41,329 nucleotides of DNA from Candidatus Proteinoplasmatales archaeon SG8-5 (GTDB lineage: Archaea > Thermoplasmatota > Thermoplasmata > SG8-5): contig LSSH01000084.1 in the NCBI GenBank assembly GCA_001595885.1, positions 1 to 41,329 on the forward strand, in the 5' to 3' direction. Of the stretch, positions 1 through 9,889 are shown piece by piece (positions within the stretch are counted from its first letter, which is position 1; each line of letters begins with the position of its first letter). Below the pieces are notes generated by a model. It saw only the letters and a list, made by a program, of their open reading frames with translations, was not told where the DNA came from and did not search any database. The position numbers and the translations under genes are program-made.

Positions 1-2
1 TC

Positions 3-128
3 GATGGGTTCCTATTCCATCAGGTAATCAGCATACCAATCGTTACGGCTGGCATAACACTAATTTCATTTGCAGCATGTTGGGGTATCAGCAAGATACC
101 ACTGGTAAGGCGAATAATCGGAGCCTGA
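3..128 (+). CDS. 3' end of an ORF truncated by the window edge; hydrophobic C-terminus of an unidentified membrane protein
   Basis: Frame 3 is open from the edge to TGA at 126-128. It reads DGFLFHQVISIPIVTAGITLISFAACWGISKIPLVRRIIGA*, one TM-like segment plus a basic tail. Absent from the ORF track because it has no start. No family assignable. Confidence 0.25.
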   Translation, partial: DGFLFHQVISIPIVTAGITLISFAACWGISKIPLVRRIIGA

Positions 129-239
129 GATAATAGTAGCAATCCCGAATAAATGGACAGGAAAGGAGGGTCCTGAGAGATATTTCGATGATAGGCTCGA
201 AGAGGTGGAACTCAGCTGAGAGATCATGGTGATTATAAC

Positions 240-1712
240 CTACACCTCATACACATTATACCCCTCGTAGTACTCGTACGTCATATAATTGGCATCGAGG
301 TAGAGGATTACCGGGTTGAGGGGATGGTCAGGGGTTTCCCTTATTGTATCCGCATAACCCTTGCCGATTATCACGTACTGGACATAGCCCTGTTGAGTAG
401 TGTTGATGAGCGATTGAGCGTTCCAGGTCAAATTGTGGTTGACAGAGAAGTAGTAGATATTCTCGTCTGGGGGCGGAAGGTCGCACGTGAAGTAGTATGT
501 CGGGTCCTTCAACATCATTATCGTGCGATTCTCATCCACATGTTCTTTGATATAGTCAATCATCTCCTGTCGATAGGCCGTCGTCTTGAACGGTTTCCCG
601 ACAAAGAAGACGAACTGAAATATGATTACAAACGATAGTATCAGCACGGCAGCTTTCTTTAAATTACCCCACGTTATCTTGAAGTCAAGCCAGTCATCCA
701 TATAGTATGCGCAGAACACTGCAAGGAACGGCAGTGCTACAATCATGTAATGCTTGTATTGCCTGATGAGGAGCGTGGAAAGACCGACCAAGGCCAGCAG
801 CAGTATGAAGCCTAGCACCCTGTTCTTACTGGAGATATTCCTCTTCAGAATATCACGACCCAGAAGACCGCATCCCACGATGATCGGGACCCAGATTGCC
901 AGGTAGGCAAGGTCGTTGACATAATACCCTTTTATATTCTCGAATATCCCAATGGATGGCCCTACGACATAATTCGAGTTGGACGACCAGACATTGATAT
1001 AATACTCATCGAACAGCCCCAGGCCAGCGAATGTTGCCATTACCAATATCATGACGGTGAGGAATCCCAAGGCAAATGCCACAAAACTGAACAGGTTCTT
1101 ACTGAAAGCATCCTTGGACCTTTCTCCAAGGTAAAGATACAGGAAGATGAAGGGGACAGGAATGGCATAAAGGATGCCGACCTGCTTGAACTGCGATGCT
1201 ATACCTAGAGATATTCCAGCTATGAACAGGAACCTGTTGTCCCCCTTCCTTACGCCTCTCAGGAAGAACAGGGCAAATAACAGGAGGAACGGGACCATGA
1301 AAACTTCGGTCAGGAACCAGATTCCCTCATAGAAAACTGTGCTTCCGAGGAAGAGTATGGCCGCAATCATGCCCATACGCCTGTTATCGGGAAAGACCTC
1401 GTTGACCAGGAGGATTATCAGAAGGCTGGATATGAGGTTCGTGATGATCACCGATATCCGTAGAGCCAGCAGGCTGTCGGACATCCACAGGACAGAGGCA
1501 GCCACAAGATGTATTCCAGGTGGTTTGTGGTCGAAGAAGTCTCCGTAGGGTAGCTTTCCCTCAAGGATGCCCCGACCGATGACGCCGAACACGCTCTCGT
1601 CAACAGACGCCATATAATTAACATAAATGAACTGGATGACAACGGTAATCAAGTAGATGAACAGCCAGAAGTAAATGCTGCTCAGAAGTATCTCAGTTCT
1701 TTTCTGCAACAT
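240..1712 (-). CDS. GT-C fold glycosyltransferase, ArnT/PMT_2 (GT39/GT83-like) family
   Basis: 490 aa polytopic membrane protein. The first extracytoplasmic loop carries VDESVFGVIGRGILEGKLPYGDFFDHKPPG, the Asp/Glu plus DHKPP signature of ArnT/PMT-type lipid-linked sugar transferases. C-terminal soluble domain. 20-nt overlap with the upstream gene. Confidence 0.75.
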   Translation of the reverse strand: MLQKRTEILLSSIYFWLFIYLITVVIQFIYVNYMASVDESVFGVIGRGILEGKLPYGDFFDHKPPGIHLVAASVLWMSDSLLALRISVIITNLISSLLIILLVNEVFPDNRRMGMIAAILFLGSTVFYEGIWFLTEVFMVPFLLLFALFFLRGVRKGDNRFLFIAGISLGIASQFKQVGILYAIPVPFIFLYLYLGERSKDAFSKNLFSFVAFALGFLTVMILVMATFAGLGLFDEYYINVWSSNSNYVVGPSIGIFENIKGYYVNDLAYLAIWVPIIVGCGLLGRDILKRNISSKNRVLGFILLLALVGLSTLLIRQYKHYMIVALPFLAVFCAYYMDDWLDFKITWGNLKKAAVLILSFVIIFQFVFFVGKPFKTTAYRQEMIDYIKEHVDENRTIMMLKDPTYYFTCDLPPPDENIYYFSVNHNLTWNAQSLINTTQQGYVQYVIIGKGYADTIRETPDHPLNPVILYLDANYMTYEYYEGYNVYEV

Positions 1713-2679
1713 CGGTCGCCTCTCCGCGGATGCTCGTTATGTTGATGCCCGTGCTCCATCCGGCAAATGCTCCCAGGATTAATGTGTATGTATTCTTGAA
1801 TACGTGGTCGAGAACGATGATGGACAAAGCAACGTCCATGCCAACTCCGGTCAGGGAGACGAGGACGGCAGAGAATGCGACCTCGTAGGGGCCTATACCG
1901 CCCGGGGTGAGCGGGAGGACCTTGGTCATGTTGGCCAATATGATGGCGAAGAATATCACGAGCACGTCCACATCGAATCCCAGGGCGAGGGTGAACAGGT
2001 AGGTAACCAGGCATTCGAGGGTCCAGATGGCCAGCGATGCTAAGAACGATGCGGCCATCTTCCGCCTGTCCAGCGCCATTGACCGCATTGCCTTCCAAAG
2101 CTTGCTCAAGTTTTTGTAGAGCCAGGAGCTTGAACTTGTTTCATTTCCACCGTTTCCCGTTCGAAGAAGAAACAGGAGCATTATCAGAACGCATGCGGTG
2201 AGTATGAAGCAGGCCAGAAAGATGCCCGTGGTCCACGTGGGCAGTCCCGGGTTGATGACGAAAGGAAGCAGAACCAGCCCCAATATCAAAATTGCGATGA
2301 GGTCGAAATACCTGTCTATCAGTACGCTGCTCAGACCCCTGTGGTATTCTATGCCAAAGAGCTTTTTCACGGCATAAACCTTGACCATGTCGCCCAGTTT
2401 AGCGGGGACAACCAAGTTGGCCGTGTTTCCGACAAGATAGAGTTTGGTTGATGTTAGTGTCCCGACCTTCCTGTCGGATGTGGAGAGTATTCCGCCCCAC
2501 CTAAACCCTCTGAAGAGCCAGCCCAAGGTGTACACCAATGTAATGGGCACGATGAAAAGGATGTTCATCAACATCAGATTATCAAGAAAGCGTTGGTAAT
2601 CGGATATGTATATCAGTATGATGATTATCAAAATCGCGAAAAGCAATGATGCTCCATAGAGAATGCGCTTGCCTTTCAT
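1693..2679 (-). CDS. Flippase-like membrane protein (UPF0104 / lysylphosphatidylglycerol-synthase TM-region family)
   Basis: 328 aa, about 8 TM segments. N-terminal pattern LVYTLGWLFRGFRWGGIL is typical of the TIGR00374/UPF0104 family, which often sits beside GT2 genes. 4-nt overlap with the upstream GT2. Confidence 0.6.
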   Translation of the reverse strand: MKGKRILYGASLLFAILIIIILIYISDYQRFLDNLMLMNILFIVPITLVYTLGWLFRGFRWGGILSTSDRKVGTLTSTKLYLVGNTANLVVPAKLGDMVKVYAVKKLFGIEYHRGLSSVLIDRYFDLIAILILGLVLLPFVINPGLPTWTTGIFLACFILTACVLIMLLFLLRTGNGGNETSSSSWLYKNLSKLWKAMRSMALDRRKMAASFLASLAIWTLECLVTYLFTLALGFDVDVLVIFFAIILANMTKVLPLTPGGIGPYEVAFSAVLVSLTGVGMDVALSIIVLDHVFKNTYTLILGAFAGWSTGINITSIRGEATDVAEKN

Positions 2680-3383
2680 GGTCTACCTTCTATCTCTTGT
2701 TTCAGGGACTTCAACCCGCGGAGCTGTGCCTTAACCACTACCGGGATGTTCGACAACTGGAACTGGTCTGCGTTCCCTGTTGTCCTACCAAAATGTTGAA
2801 CCGGGACCCAGGATATATTAAATCCCTTCTTCTGTGAGCGGATGACCAACTCAGTGGAGAATCCGTATTTCAGATGCCGTATGTCTGGAACGACAGACTC
2901 GAGGACCTTCCTGTTCATGATCTTGAACCCTGAGTTGATATCCTTGATGTATATTCCAAACCTCGCGTAAACCAGGAGGTTATAAAGCATGGATAAGAAT
3001 TTCCTGTATAACGGGTCACACCTGTTAACCTTCACCCCGCAAACGAGGTCTGAGTTTGTCAGCCTACGGTACAGTTTCCAGAAATCCTTAGGATTGTGGG
3101 TATTATCAGAGTCAGAGTAAAAAATGATATCCCCCTTGGCCTGCAACAGAGCATCCTTCAAGCCCTGCATGTACCCTTTCCTTTCTTCACCAGTTATGAG
3201 CGTCATGGGGATCTCATCGGAGAGTCTTCGTAGTATCTCCCTGGTGCCATCGGTGCTTCCGTCCTCAACAACCAAAAGGTCGCTTCCGGGTCGCTTTCTT
3301 ATGACATCGTCATAGAATCCCTTCACCACTTCCTCTATCACTTCGGCTTCATTGTGCACGGGTATGACAATAGTGAGAGGCAT
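2676..3383 (-). CDS. GT2 glycosyltransferase (dolichyl/polyprenyl-phosphate hexose synthase-like)
   Basis: LTIVIPVHNEAEVI, VVEDGSTDGT and YSDSDN (DXD) motifs. The ORF is open to 3446, but Met22 at 3383 lies one nt after the upstream stop (3385-3387) and just before the GT-A core, so it is the preferred start. Confidence 0.85.
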   Translation of the reverse strand: MPLTIVIPVHNEAEVIEEVVKGFYDDVIRKRPGSDLLVVEDGSTDGTREILRRLSDEIPMTLITGEERKGYMQGLKDALLQAKGDIIFYSDSDNTHNPKDFWKLYRRLTNSDLVCGVKVNRCDPLYRKFLSMLYNLLVYARFGIYIKDINSGFKIMNRKVLESVVPDIRHLKYGFSTELVIRSQKKGFNISWVPVQHFGRTTGNADQFQLSNIPVVVKAQLRGLKSLKQEIEGRP

Positions 3384-3384
3384 C

Positions 3385-4725
3385 TCATCCTGGTTCTTCT
3401 CGTTTCGGCGGGAAATGCTTTTTTGCGACATGGGCAGCACTCTCAATGCATCTGTCCATATTTAGGTATTCATAGTTGGAGAAACGACCGCAGAGTATCA
3501 GACCGATGTCTGAGAAATGACTCTCGAAGGTTTGTTTGTTCGCACTATATCCGCGGTCGTTGAGCACATATGCGAACTCGTTCCTGGCGACATGAGTGAA
3601 TACGATTTCGCCTGCTGAGAAATATTCCAGCCTTTCCAGGGTATCTGAGACTCTTGAGGCAATAGTCATATCCGGTTCGTTCCACAATCCCGATCCGGGT
3701 TTACAGCTAATCTCCGCCAGAACAGAACTGTGGCCCTTTGGTGCATTATCAGGACTGAAATTCGAGGGAAAGCTGAGCCTATGAAATGGAATGTCCTTCT
3801 GCGGGAAGTAAATCCAACTCCTGTCACTGACCTGCGGTTTGTTTACACCAACTGATACGGTAATAATCGAAACGTAGTCAAGATTGCCAACGGCCTTGCT
3901 TACATCTTCAGGAATGGCATCGTATGCAGCTGCCAAATTTTGAATGGGTATAGTGGATATTAGCTTGTCGTAATGACGATTCTCACCGTCCGTTGTTTCG
4001 ACGGTCCATGCTCCATCGCGTTTACTAACCTGCTGAACCTCGGCATTGGTGATGAGTTTCTCACGACCAAATGTAGGTATGAGTGTGTCAGTTAGGGCCT
4101 GTATCCCGCCGGACACCGGGTAATAGAAGTTCAGTTGATGTTTGTAACCTTCTGTAGGTATGTTCCGGGCGGCCTTTTTCACATCATCCACAGGTGGCTT
4201 CGGAACCCGACCTTGCACCCAATCAACTCCCAGGTCTTTCGGTGAGGTGCACCAGAGCTTCTCATTGTAAGGTACTAGATACAGGTCGCTAATTCCGGCA
4301 CCGAAATTTGCATACATCCAATCCATGAAATTTTCAGGTAGGTTTTCTTTACCCTCCCGCTGCAGGGTCTCAGCTTCCACAAAGTCGTTCAAGCATTTGT
4401 CTCTCAGGGAGGGTTCAAGGTCCGCCAGATTGTTCTCAAGAGGATATTTCACGTATTTTCCTTCGAGGAATATCGCGCTGTTGCGCCTGTTCTTGACGAC
4501 ATTATCCCCAAGGATATCTAACATGAGAGCCAGGGTTGTTTCATTTCTCGAGAATATCACATGCGAACCTCCGATGTCGAAGGTGAAATCTCCTATGATT
4601 TGGCTGCGGCACAAACCGCCGGGTTCTGATCCGCCCTCAAGAATTTGGAACTCATATCCATTAGTTTTTAGAAAATAGCCTATGGATATACCGGTCAGAC
4701 CTCCGCCTAGAATTCCTACTGTCAT
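3385..4725 (-). CDS. FAD/NAD(P)-binding oxidoreductase (amine-oxidase / UDP-galactopyranose-mutase-like superfamily)
   Basis: N-terminal dinucleotide fold MTVGILGGGLTGISIGYFL..ILEG...PGGLCRS, 446 aa, glycan-cluster context. Exact reaction not assignable. Confidence 0.7.
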   Translation of the reverse strand: MTVGILGGGLTGISIGYFLKTNGYEFQILEGGSEPGGLCRSQIIGDFTFDIGGSHVIFSRNETTLALMLDILGDNVVKNRRNSAIFLEGKYVKYPLENNLADLEPSLRDKCLNDFVEAETLQREGKENLPENFMDWMYANFGAGISDLYLVPYNEKLWCTSPKDLGVDWVQGRVPKPPVDDVKKAARNIPTEGYKHQLNFYYPVSGGIQALTDTLIPTFGREKLITNAEVQQVSKRDGAWTVETTDGENRHYDKLISTIPIQNLAAAYDAIPEDVSKAVGNLDYVSIITVSVGVNKPQVSDRSWIYFPQKDIPFHRLSFPSNFSPDNAPKGHSSVLAEISCKPGSGLWNEPDMTIASRVSDTLERLEYFSAGEIVFTHVARNEFAYVLNDRGYSANKQTFESHFSDIGLILCGRFSNYEYLNMDRCIESAAHVAKKHFPPKREEPG

Positions 4726-4859
4726 GATTCATCTCCACGTGTGCTTGATGGGAATCAAATCACGCGAATTAATGTCATCATTGTGGGAACCAGGTGTAAT
4801 ACATAAATAAACCGCTTAATCTCAGCATTATCAAAAACAATAAATACACACATCAGCTA

Positions 4860-6080
4860 ATGGCGACCATGGAGTCCCTGAAGATTGCCATGCTCGCCCC
4901 GGAGTTCCTTCCGAATTGGGGGGGAGCGGGTACATATTCGATCCTTTTGGCCCGCGAGCTTTCGAAATCCGATGAGGTTCACGTTTTCACAACCCTAAGG
5001 CCAAGTAATGGCCGTGTTGGCAACAGCCCCAGGGAAATGGAGGAATATTTCAACGACAGGGTCAAGATACAACTGGTTTCGCAGGCAAGGGATAATTTCT
5101 GGTACAATGCAATCTTCCAGTTCAACGTGGCCAGGAACCTTCCCAGGATTTTATCCAAGGAGAGGTATGACATTGTGCACTCGAACCACGCTCACATGCC
5201 CGACCTCGGACTCAAGATGAGGAAACTCGACAGTGGATGCATCACGACAATCCACACGACCCTGTCGAGTCAATATAAGGGCATAAAGAGCTCTGTTAGG
5301 TCCATCGATCACATGGAGGGCTCGGAAAGGATGGTTCGGCTGGGATACCATTTCCTGAGATTGATAGAGAGATATTACCTGGCAAAATCCGATAATATAA
5401 TCTTCGTATCGGACTTCATTAGGGGTGAAACCGCACGAATTGCCAAGCGCGAATTCCACAGGACAAAGCTGATCAGGAACGGCATAGACCTGGAACATTT
5501 CAAGAACGGTGATCCTGCCCCTTCTAATAGAACGGTTAATGTCCTGTTCTGCGGACGATTACTGGCCTTGAAAGGCTTGAATAACCTCATCGAGGCGTTC
5601 AAGATTGTACACAAAAAATGCCCCAATACCCGCCTGTTACTTGTGGGCGGGGGGAACATCGAGCACTGGAAGATGACGGCAAAGCAGACAGGTATACCTG
5701 ATGATGCCATTGCTTTCATGGGTCAAATGAGATATGAGGAAATGCCAGGTATTTTCCGAAAGGGCGACGTATTTGTGCTGCCGAGCATGAGTGAGAGCAT
5801 GCCTTTGTCATTGCTCGAGGCCATGGCTTGTGGCCGGTCTGCCATCGCCTCGAACGTCGGGGGAATACCAGAAATCATCACACACGGCGAGAACGGATAT
5901 CTGGTGAAACCCGGTGATTCGGTAGAGTTGTCAAAGAGGATTATCGAGTTGGTCGGGAACCCCGATCTCCGTGATAGGTTCGGTGCAAAGGCCAGAACAA
6001 ACGTCGAGAAACATTTTGACCTGAAGAACATGGTGAAGGAGACGAGAGAGATGTTCCTGTCTGTCGCGGGTGATAGCTAA
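4860..6080 (+). CDS. GT4-family (GT-B) glycosyltransferase
   Basis: N-terminal PNWGGAGTY and C-terminal PSMSESMPLSLLEAMACGRSAIASNVGGIPEII..GENGYLV (E-x7-E region). Confidence 0.85.
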   Translation: MATMESLKIAMLAPEFLPNWGGAGTYSILLARELSKSDEVHVFTTLRPSNGRVGNSPREMEEYFNDRVKIQLVSQARDNFWYNAIFQFNVARNLPRILSKERYDIVHSNHAHMPDLGLKMRKLDSGCITTIHTTLSSQYKGIKSSVRSIDHMEGSERMVRLGYHFLRLIERYYLAKSDNIIFVSDFIRGETARIAKREFHRTKLIRNGIDLEHFKNGDPAPSNRTVNVLFCGRLLALKGLNNLIEAFKIVHKKCPNTRLLLVGGGNIEHWKMTAKQTGIPDDAIAFMGQMRYEEMPGIFRKGDVFVLPSMSESMPLSLLEAMACGRSAIASNVGGIPEIITHGENGYLVKPGDSVELSKRIIELVGNPDLRDRFGAKARTNVEKHFDLKNMVKETREMFLSVAGDS

Positions 6081-7504
6081 TGAAGATAATGCTGGTAAAT
6101 CCACCAAGGTTTCAGGGGTTATCGGTTATCCGGGAGGAGAGATGCGAGATAGTCGAGCGTTACTCCGTTCTCGAGCCCTATAGCCTGCTTCAGCTGGCAT
6201 CCATACTTCGTGAAGAGGGGCATGAGGTTTCGTTGATCGACGCCAATGGCTTCGACCTCGACTATAACGAGGTCATGCAAAGGGTGAGGAAATTCGGTCC
6301 TGACATTATGATTTTCAGATTCACACCCACGACCTTCGACCATGATATGAAATTATGTGGCTTGGTAAAAAGGTTTAATTCTGAGGTTATGACGGTGGGT
6401 CTTTGTTGGACACTGACCTCACTTGCCGAGGATGTCATGTCCTCCGCCGAGGCTCTTGACTGTTTTGTACTTGGTGATTATGAGGTCGTGGTTCCGAGAC
6501 TAGTGAAGTATGGCCCAGATAGAGTGGAAGGTATCGCTTATCGCGACACTGGCGATATCAAGATTGTGCCGCCGAATGCTGATGACAGCGTCGACCTCGA
6601 CGATCTGCCAATCCCTGCATACGACTTATTAAATTCATTGGAACCCTATTACATCAATACTCCGACGGATGAACCATTCACCATTATGTACACAAGCCGC
6701 GGATGTCCTTTCAGCTGTGTTTTTTGCACTGTAGCCCGTACAAAATGGAAATCGAGGTCTGCGGAAAGTGTAATAGAGGAACTCAGATATCTGAAGAATG
6801 AACATGGCATAGGGCTTGTCTCGTTCTTTGACGAAACATTTACAATCGATAAGGAACGGACCTTGGCCATATGCAAGTCAATGCGGGAGGGGCGGTTGGA
6901 CATCAACTGGTATTGCAACACCAGGGCCAACCTTCTTGATGAGGAACTCGTCAAGAGCATGGCCAGCGCAGGGTGTAAAGGAATTAGCTTAGGTATCGAA
7001 TCGGGAAGCCAAAGGATATTGGACAGAGTATCCAAAGGCATAGACCTTAAGGATGCGAGAACTGCCATCGAGTTATGCAAGAAGAACGGCATCAAAGTGC
7101 TGTGCAGCTTCATCATCGGCCTTCCCGGAGAGACATGGTCAACTGTTGACGAGACCATCCAATTCGTGAAGGACAGTCTGCCCACTGGTGTCCAATTCAA
7201 TGTGGCGGTCCCATATCCTGGAACTGACTTATTCGAGTCAGCCGTCGAGAAGGGGCTCCTGAAGTCCAGCGATTGGCGTCAGATGTATCAGCATGAATCA
7301 ATCGTCGGGACCGATGATATGACCCCGAAGGAGCTCAATAAGGCCAGGATCAAAGCGTACAAGGCACTGTATACGCACCCGGTCTGGTACATGGAGAATG
7401 TCAAGCACGTGCTTCGAAACCCAGATGACCTCGGTTTGGCAGTCCGGTACTCAATTAAGATAATAAACAACTTCCTCATTCATAGGATGGAACATTCACA
7501 CTGA
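6080..7504 (+). CDS. B12-binding-domain radical SAM enzyme (class B rSAM)
   Basis: N-terminal Rossmann-like B12-binding domain (MKIMLVNPP..LLQLASILREEGHEVSLIDAN), then YTSRGCPFSCVFCTV (CX3CX2C). The ATG overlaps the upstream TAA by 1 nt (TAATG). Confidence 0.85.
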   Translation: MKIMLVNPPRFQGLSVIREERCEIVERYSVLEPYSLLQLASILREEGHEVSLIDANGFDLDYNEVMQRVRKFGPDIMIFRFTPTTFDHDMKLCGLVKRFNSEVMTVGLCWTLTSLAEDVMSSAEALDCFVLGDYEVVVPRLVKYGPDRVEGIAYRDTGDIKIVPPNADDSVDLDDLPIPAYDLLNSLEPYYINTPTDEPFTIMYTSRGCPFSCVFCTVARTKWKSRSAESVIEELRYLKNEHGIGLVSFFDETFTIDKERTLAICKSMREGRLDINWYCNTRANLLDEELVKSMASAGCKGISLGIESGSQRILDRVSKGIDLKDARTAIELCKKNGIKVLCSFIIGLPGETWSTVDETIQFVKDSLPTGVQFNVAVPYPGTDLFESAVEKGLLKSSDWRQMYQHESIVGTDDMTPKELNKARIKAYKALYTHPVWYMENVKHVLRNPDDLGLAVRYSIKIINNFLIHRMEHSH

Positions 7505-7517
7505 AGCGGGTATTGAA

Positions 7518-8675
7518 ATGGAGACATTCCGTTTTCTGTTAACCAGCACATTCTATCCACCGTATCATCTGGGCGGGGATGCAATCCATGTAAAATATCT
7601 GGCCGATGAGTTGGTTAGGCGCGGACACGAAGTGCTAGTGCTTCACAGCGTTGATGCATTCAATGTAAAACGAAAGAACAATGGTCAGGTGAATTTAGAG
7701 TCTGATAAGGTAACCACACATCCCCTGAGATCACCGTTCGGTAGACTATCACCGTTGTCAGCTTACGTCTTCGGTTCATCCTTCTATGTCGAGAAGAATT
7801 TCGAACGTGTTCTGAACGAATTCCCGCCCGATGTGGTCCACCATCACAATATCTCTTTGCTTGGACACACCTTGCTTCGAAAGAGGGGCAGATACAAGCA
7901 ATTATACACAGCACACGACCACTGGCTGATATGCCCGAAAAACGATTACATGAGGAAGGGAAGAATGTGCGAGGAGAAGAGGTGTGCGTCCTGCCTGATG
8001 AGGAACATGCGCCCTCCCCAACTATGGCGGAAGAAACTGAACCTGAGTGATATCGATTTGACAATCTGCCCGTCCGCGTACATGGCAGGGCAATTGAAGG
8101 AGCTGGGCCTTCGAATGGTCGTGATCCCGAATTTCGCTCCATTTCAGCAGGTTGATCTTCCAGAAGGTAAAGAGGATTATTTTCTATATTTGGGTGTCAT
8201 CGAGGAACACAAGGGTATAAAAATCCTCTTGAATGCGTTTGCTGAATCAAAAAACGAGTTGGTTATCGGGGGAAAGGGTTCCTTATCCGGATGGTTGGAG
8301 AAGGTCATCGAAAGGGATCATTTGTCAAATAGGGTTAGGTATTTGCATGAGGTCGGTGGGGAAAAATGGACATACCTGGCAAAGGCCTCCGCCGTTGTGA
8401 TCCCATCGATATGCCTGGAGAATTCCCCATTGGTGGCCCTGGAGGCCCTTTCGGTCGGGACACCTATCATTTGTACTAACATGGGAGGTACTAGGGAGAT
8501 CGCTGAGAAGATATCCGGTAACCTTGTGATACCCGTTGACGAACTCCATGACCGTTTGAGAACACTATCACCGCCTACTATCGATAGGAACCTAATTATG
8601 AAGATATTCAATGAGGAATACACTATTGATAAATACATGGAGAGGTACATGGCAATCGTCAAGGAGGGAGTCTGA
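7518..8675 (+). CDS. GT4-family (GT-B) glycosyltransferase
   Basis: YPPYHLGGDAIHV at the N-terminus. C-terminal PSICLENSPLVALEALSVGTPIICTNMGGTREI. Confidence 0.8.
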   Translation: METFRFLLTSTFYPPYHLGGDAIHVKYLADELVRRGHEVLVLHSVDAFNVKRKNNGQVNLESDKVTTHPLRSPFGRLSPLSAYVFGSSFYVEKNFERVLNEFPPDVVHHHNISLLGHTLLRKRGRYKQLYTAHDHWLICPKNDYMRKGRMCEEKRCASCLMRNMRPPQLWRKKLNLSDIDLTICPSAYMAGQLKELGLRMVVIPNFAPFQQVDLPEGKEDYFLYLGVIEEHKGIKILLNAFAESKNELVIGGKGSLSGWLEKVIERDHLSNRVRYLHEVGGEKWTYLAKASAVVIPSICLENSPLVALEALSVGTPIICTNMGGTREIAEKISGNLVIPVDELHDRLRTLSPPTIDRNLIMKIFNEEYTIDKYMERYMAIVKEGV

Positions 8676-8701
8676 TTCACATCGTTGACTCCCATGAGTT
8701 C

Positions 8702-9889
8702 GTGGAGATGTACAGGGGAGACAAAGACTTCAGACTGGGCATCGAGCTCTGTAAAACCCACGACGTAAAATATTCTATTTTGGTGCCTGATGTCGCATCC
8801 CCGGGAGATAGAAGGTTCTTCAGAACAGTGAGATTCCCAAGAAAGCAGATACCGTCATTACCGAGGAACATGAATATAATCTATCTCAAATCCAGATTGA
8901 TATTCTTCAGTAAGAGCAATCTCAGCCTTGGGGGGTTTTTCCAATATTCATCAATGTACCCTCGTTTGATCAAGAAGCTTAAGCCGGACCTGATTCTTGA
9001 GAACCCGTACACGACGTTAACTCCAAGGTCATATCAGACATACTTCGCCTCAAAGGTCAATGAAGTACCCATGGTTTACATAGACCCGGGAGATATTCCG
9101 CCAAAGGGTGCTTTGAAGAAAATTCTCAGTCGTTTTGAAAGACCGGTCATCAACTATGCTGAACATGTGGTCGTGTATAATGAGATGGGGAGGACTAGGT
9201 TCGCCGAGGAATACGGTTTTCCGAAGGAATATATCACAGTTATCCCAAAACCCGTTGACACCAGGCAGTTCACTCCCGGCTTGCATCGGGACGAGGCCAG
9301 GAGTAGGATTGGAGCCAGGGACAGGTTTGTGGTCGGATACATGGGGCGATTATCAAATAACAAGGGCGGCATTCACATGATGGAGGTCGCCAGACGTTTC
9401 AAGGAGGACGGCCTATCGGATAGGTTCTTCTTTCTGTTCGCCGGAGGCAACATCACCGAATCGGATGCAAAACCTTTCCATGCGATGAAAAGAAAGTATG
9501 GTCTGGACAACGTTCACTTCACTGGCAAGGTCCGCCATCGTGATATGAATGCGTATCAGGCAGCCTGTGACCTGATAGTGTATCCGGACGTGACCAATCT
9601 CCCGGGTTTCTCATCCGTGTTGGCAGAGTCCATGGCCATGGGCAAGGCCATTGTCATAGGTAATAAGGGATTCGAAGGGGCAACCCCCATAAGGGACAGG
9701 GTGAACGGGATGGTCATCCAGGCAAGGAATCCCGGAGATATCATAGAGGCGATAAGGGAATTATCCGTGGATGATGTCCAAAGGAAGAAATATGAGGAAG
9801 CGGTTCGGGAATATGCGGTTAAGGAGATGGACTGGAAGGAGCAGGCTAAAATATTCAAACGGATATTTGACAAGGCGGTAGACGCATGA
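8702..9889 (+). CDS. GT4-like (GT-B) glycosyltransferase
   Basis: C-terminal GFSSVLAESMAMGKAIVIGNKGFEGATPIRDRVNGMVI. GTG at 8702 (in-frame ATG at 8708). 4-nt overlap with the next gene. Confidence 0.75.
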   Translation: MEMYRGDKDFRLGIELCKTHDVKYSILVPDVASPGDRRFFRTVRFPRKQIPSLPRNMNIIYLKSRLIFFSKSNLSLGGFFQYSSMYPRLIKKLKPDLILENPYTTLTPRSYQTYFASKVNEVPMVYIDPGDIPPKGALKKILSRFERPVINYAEHVVVYNEMGRTRFAEEYGFPKEYITVIPKPVDTRQFTPGLHRDEARSRIGARDRFVVGYMGRLSNNKGGIHMMEVARRFKEDGLSDRFFFLFAGGNITESDAKPFHAMKRKYGLDNVHFTGKVRHRDMNAYQAACDLIVYPDVTNLPGFSSVLAESMAMGKAIVIGNKGFEGATPIRDRVNGMVIQARNPGDIIEAIRELSVDDVQRKKYEEAVREYAVKEMDWKEQAKIFKRIFDKAVDA

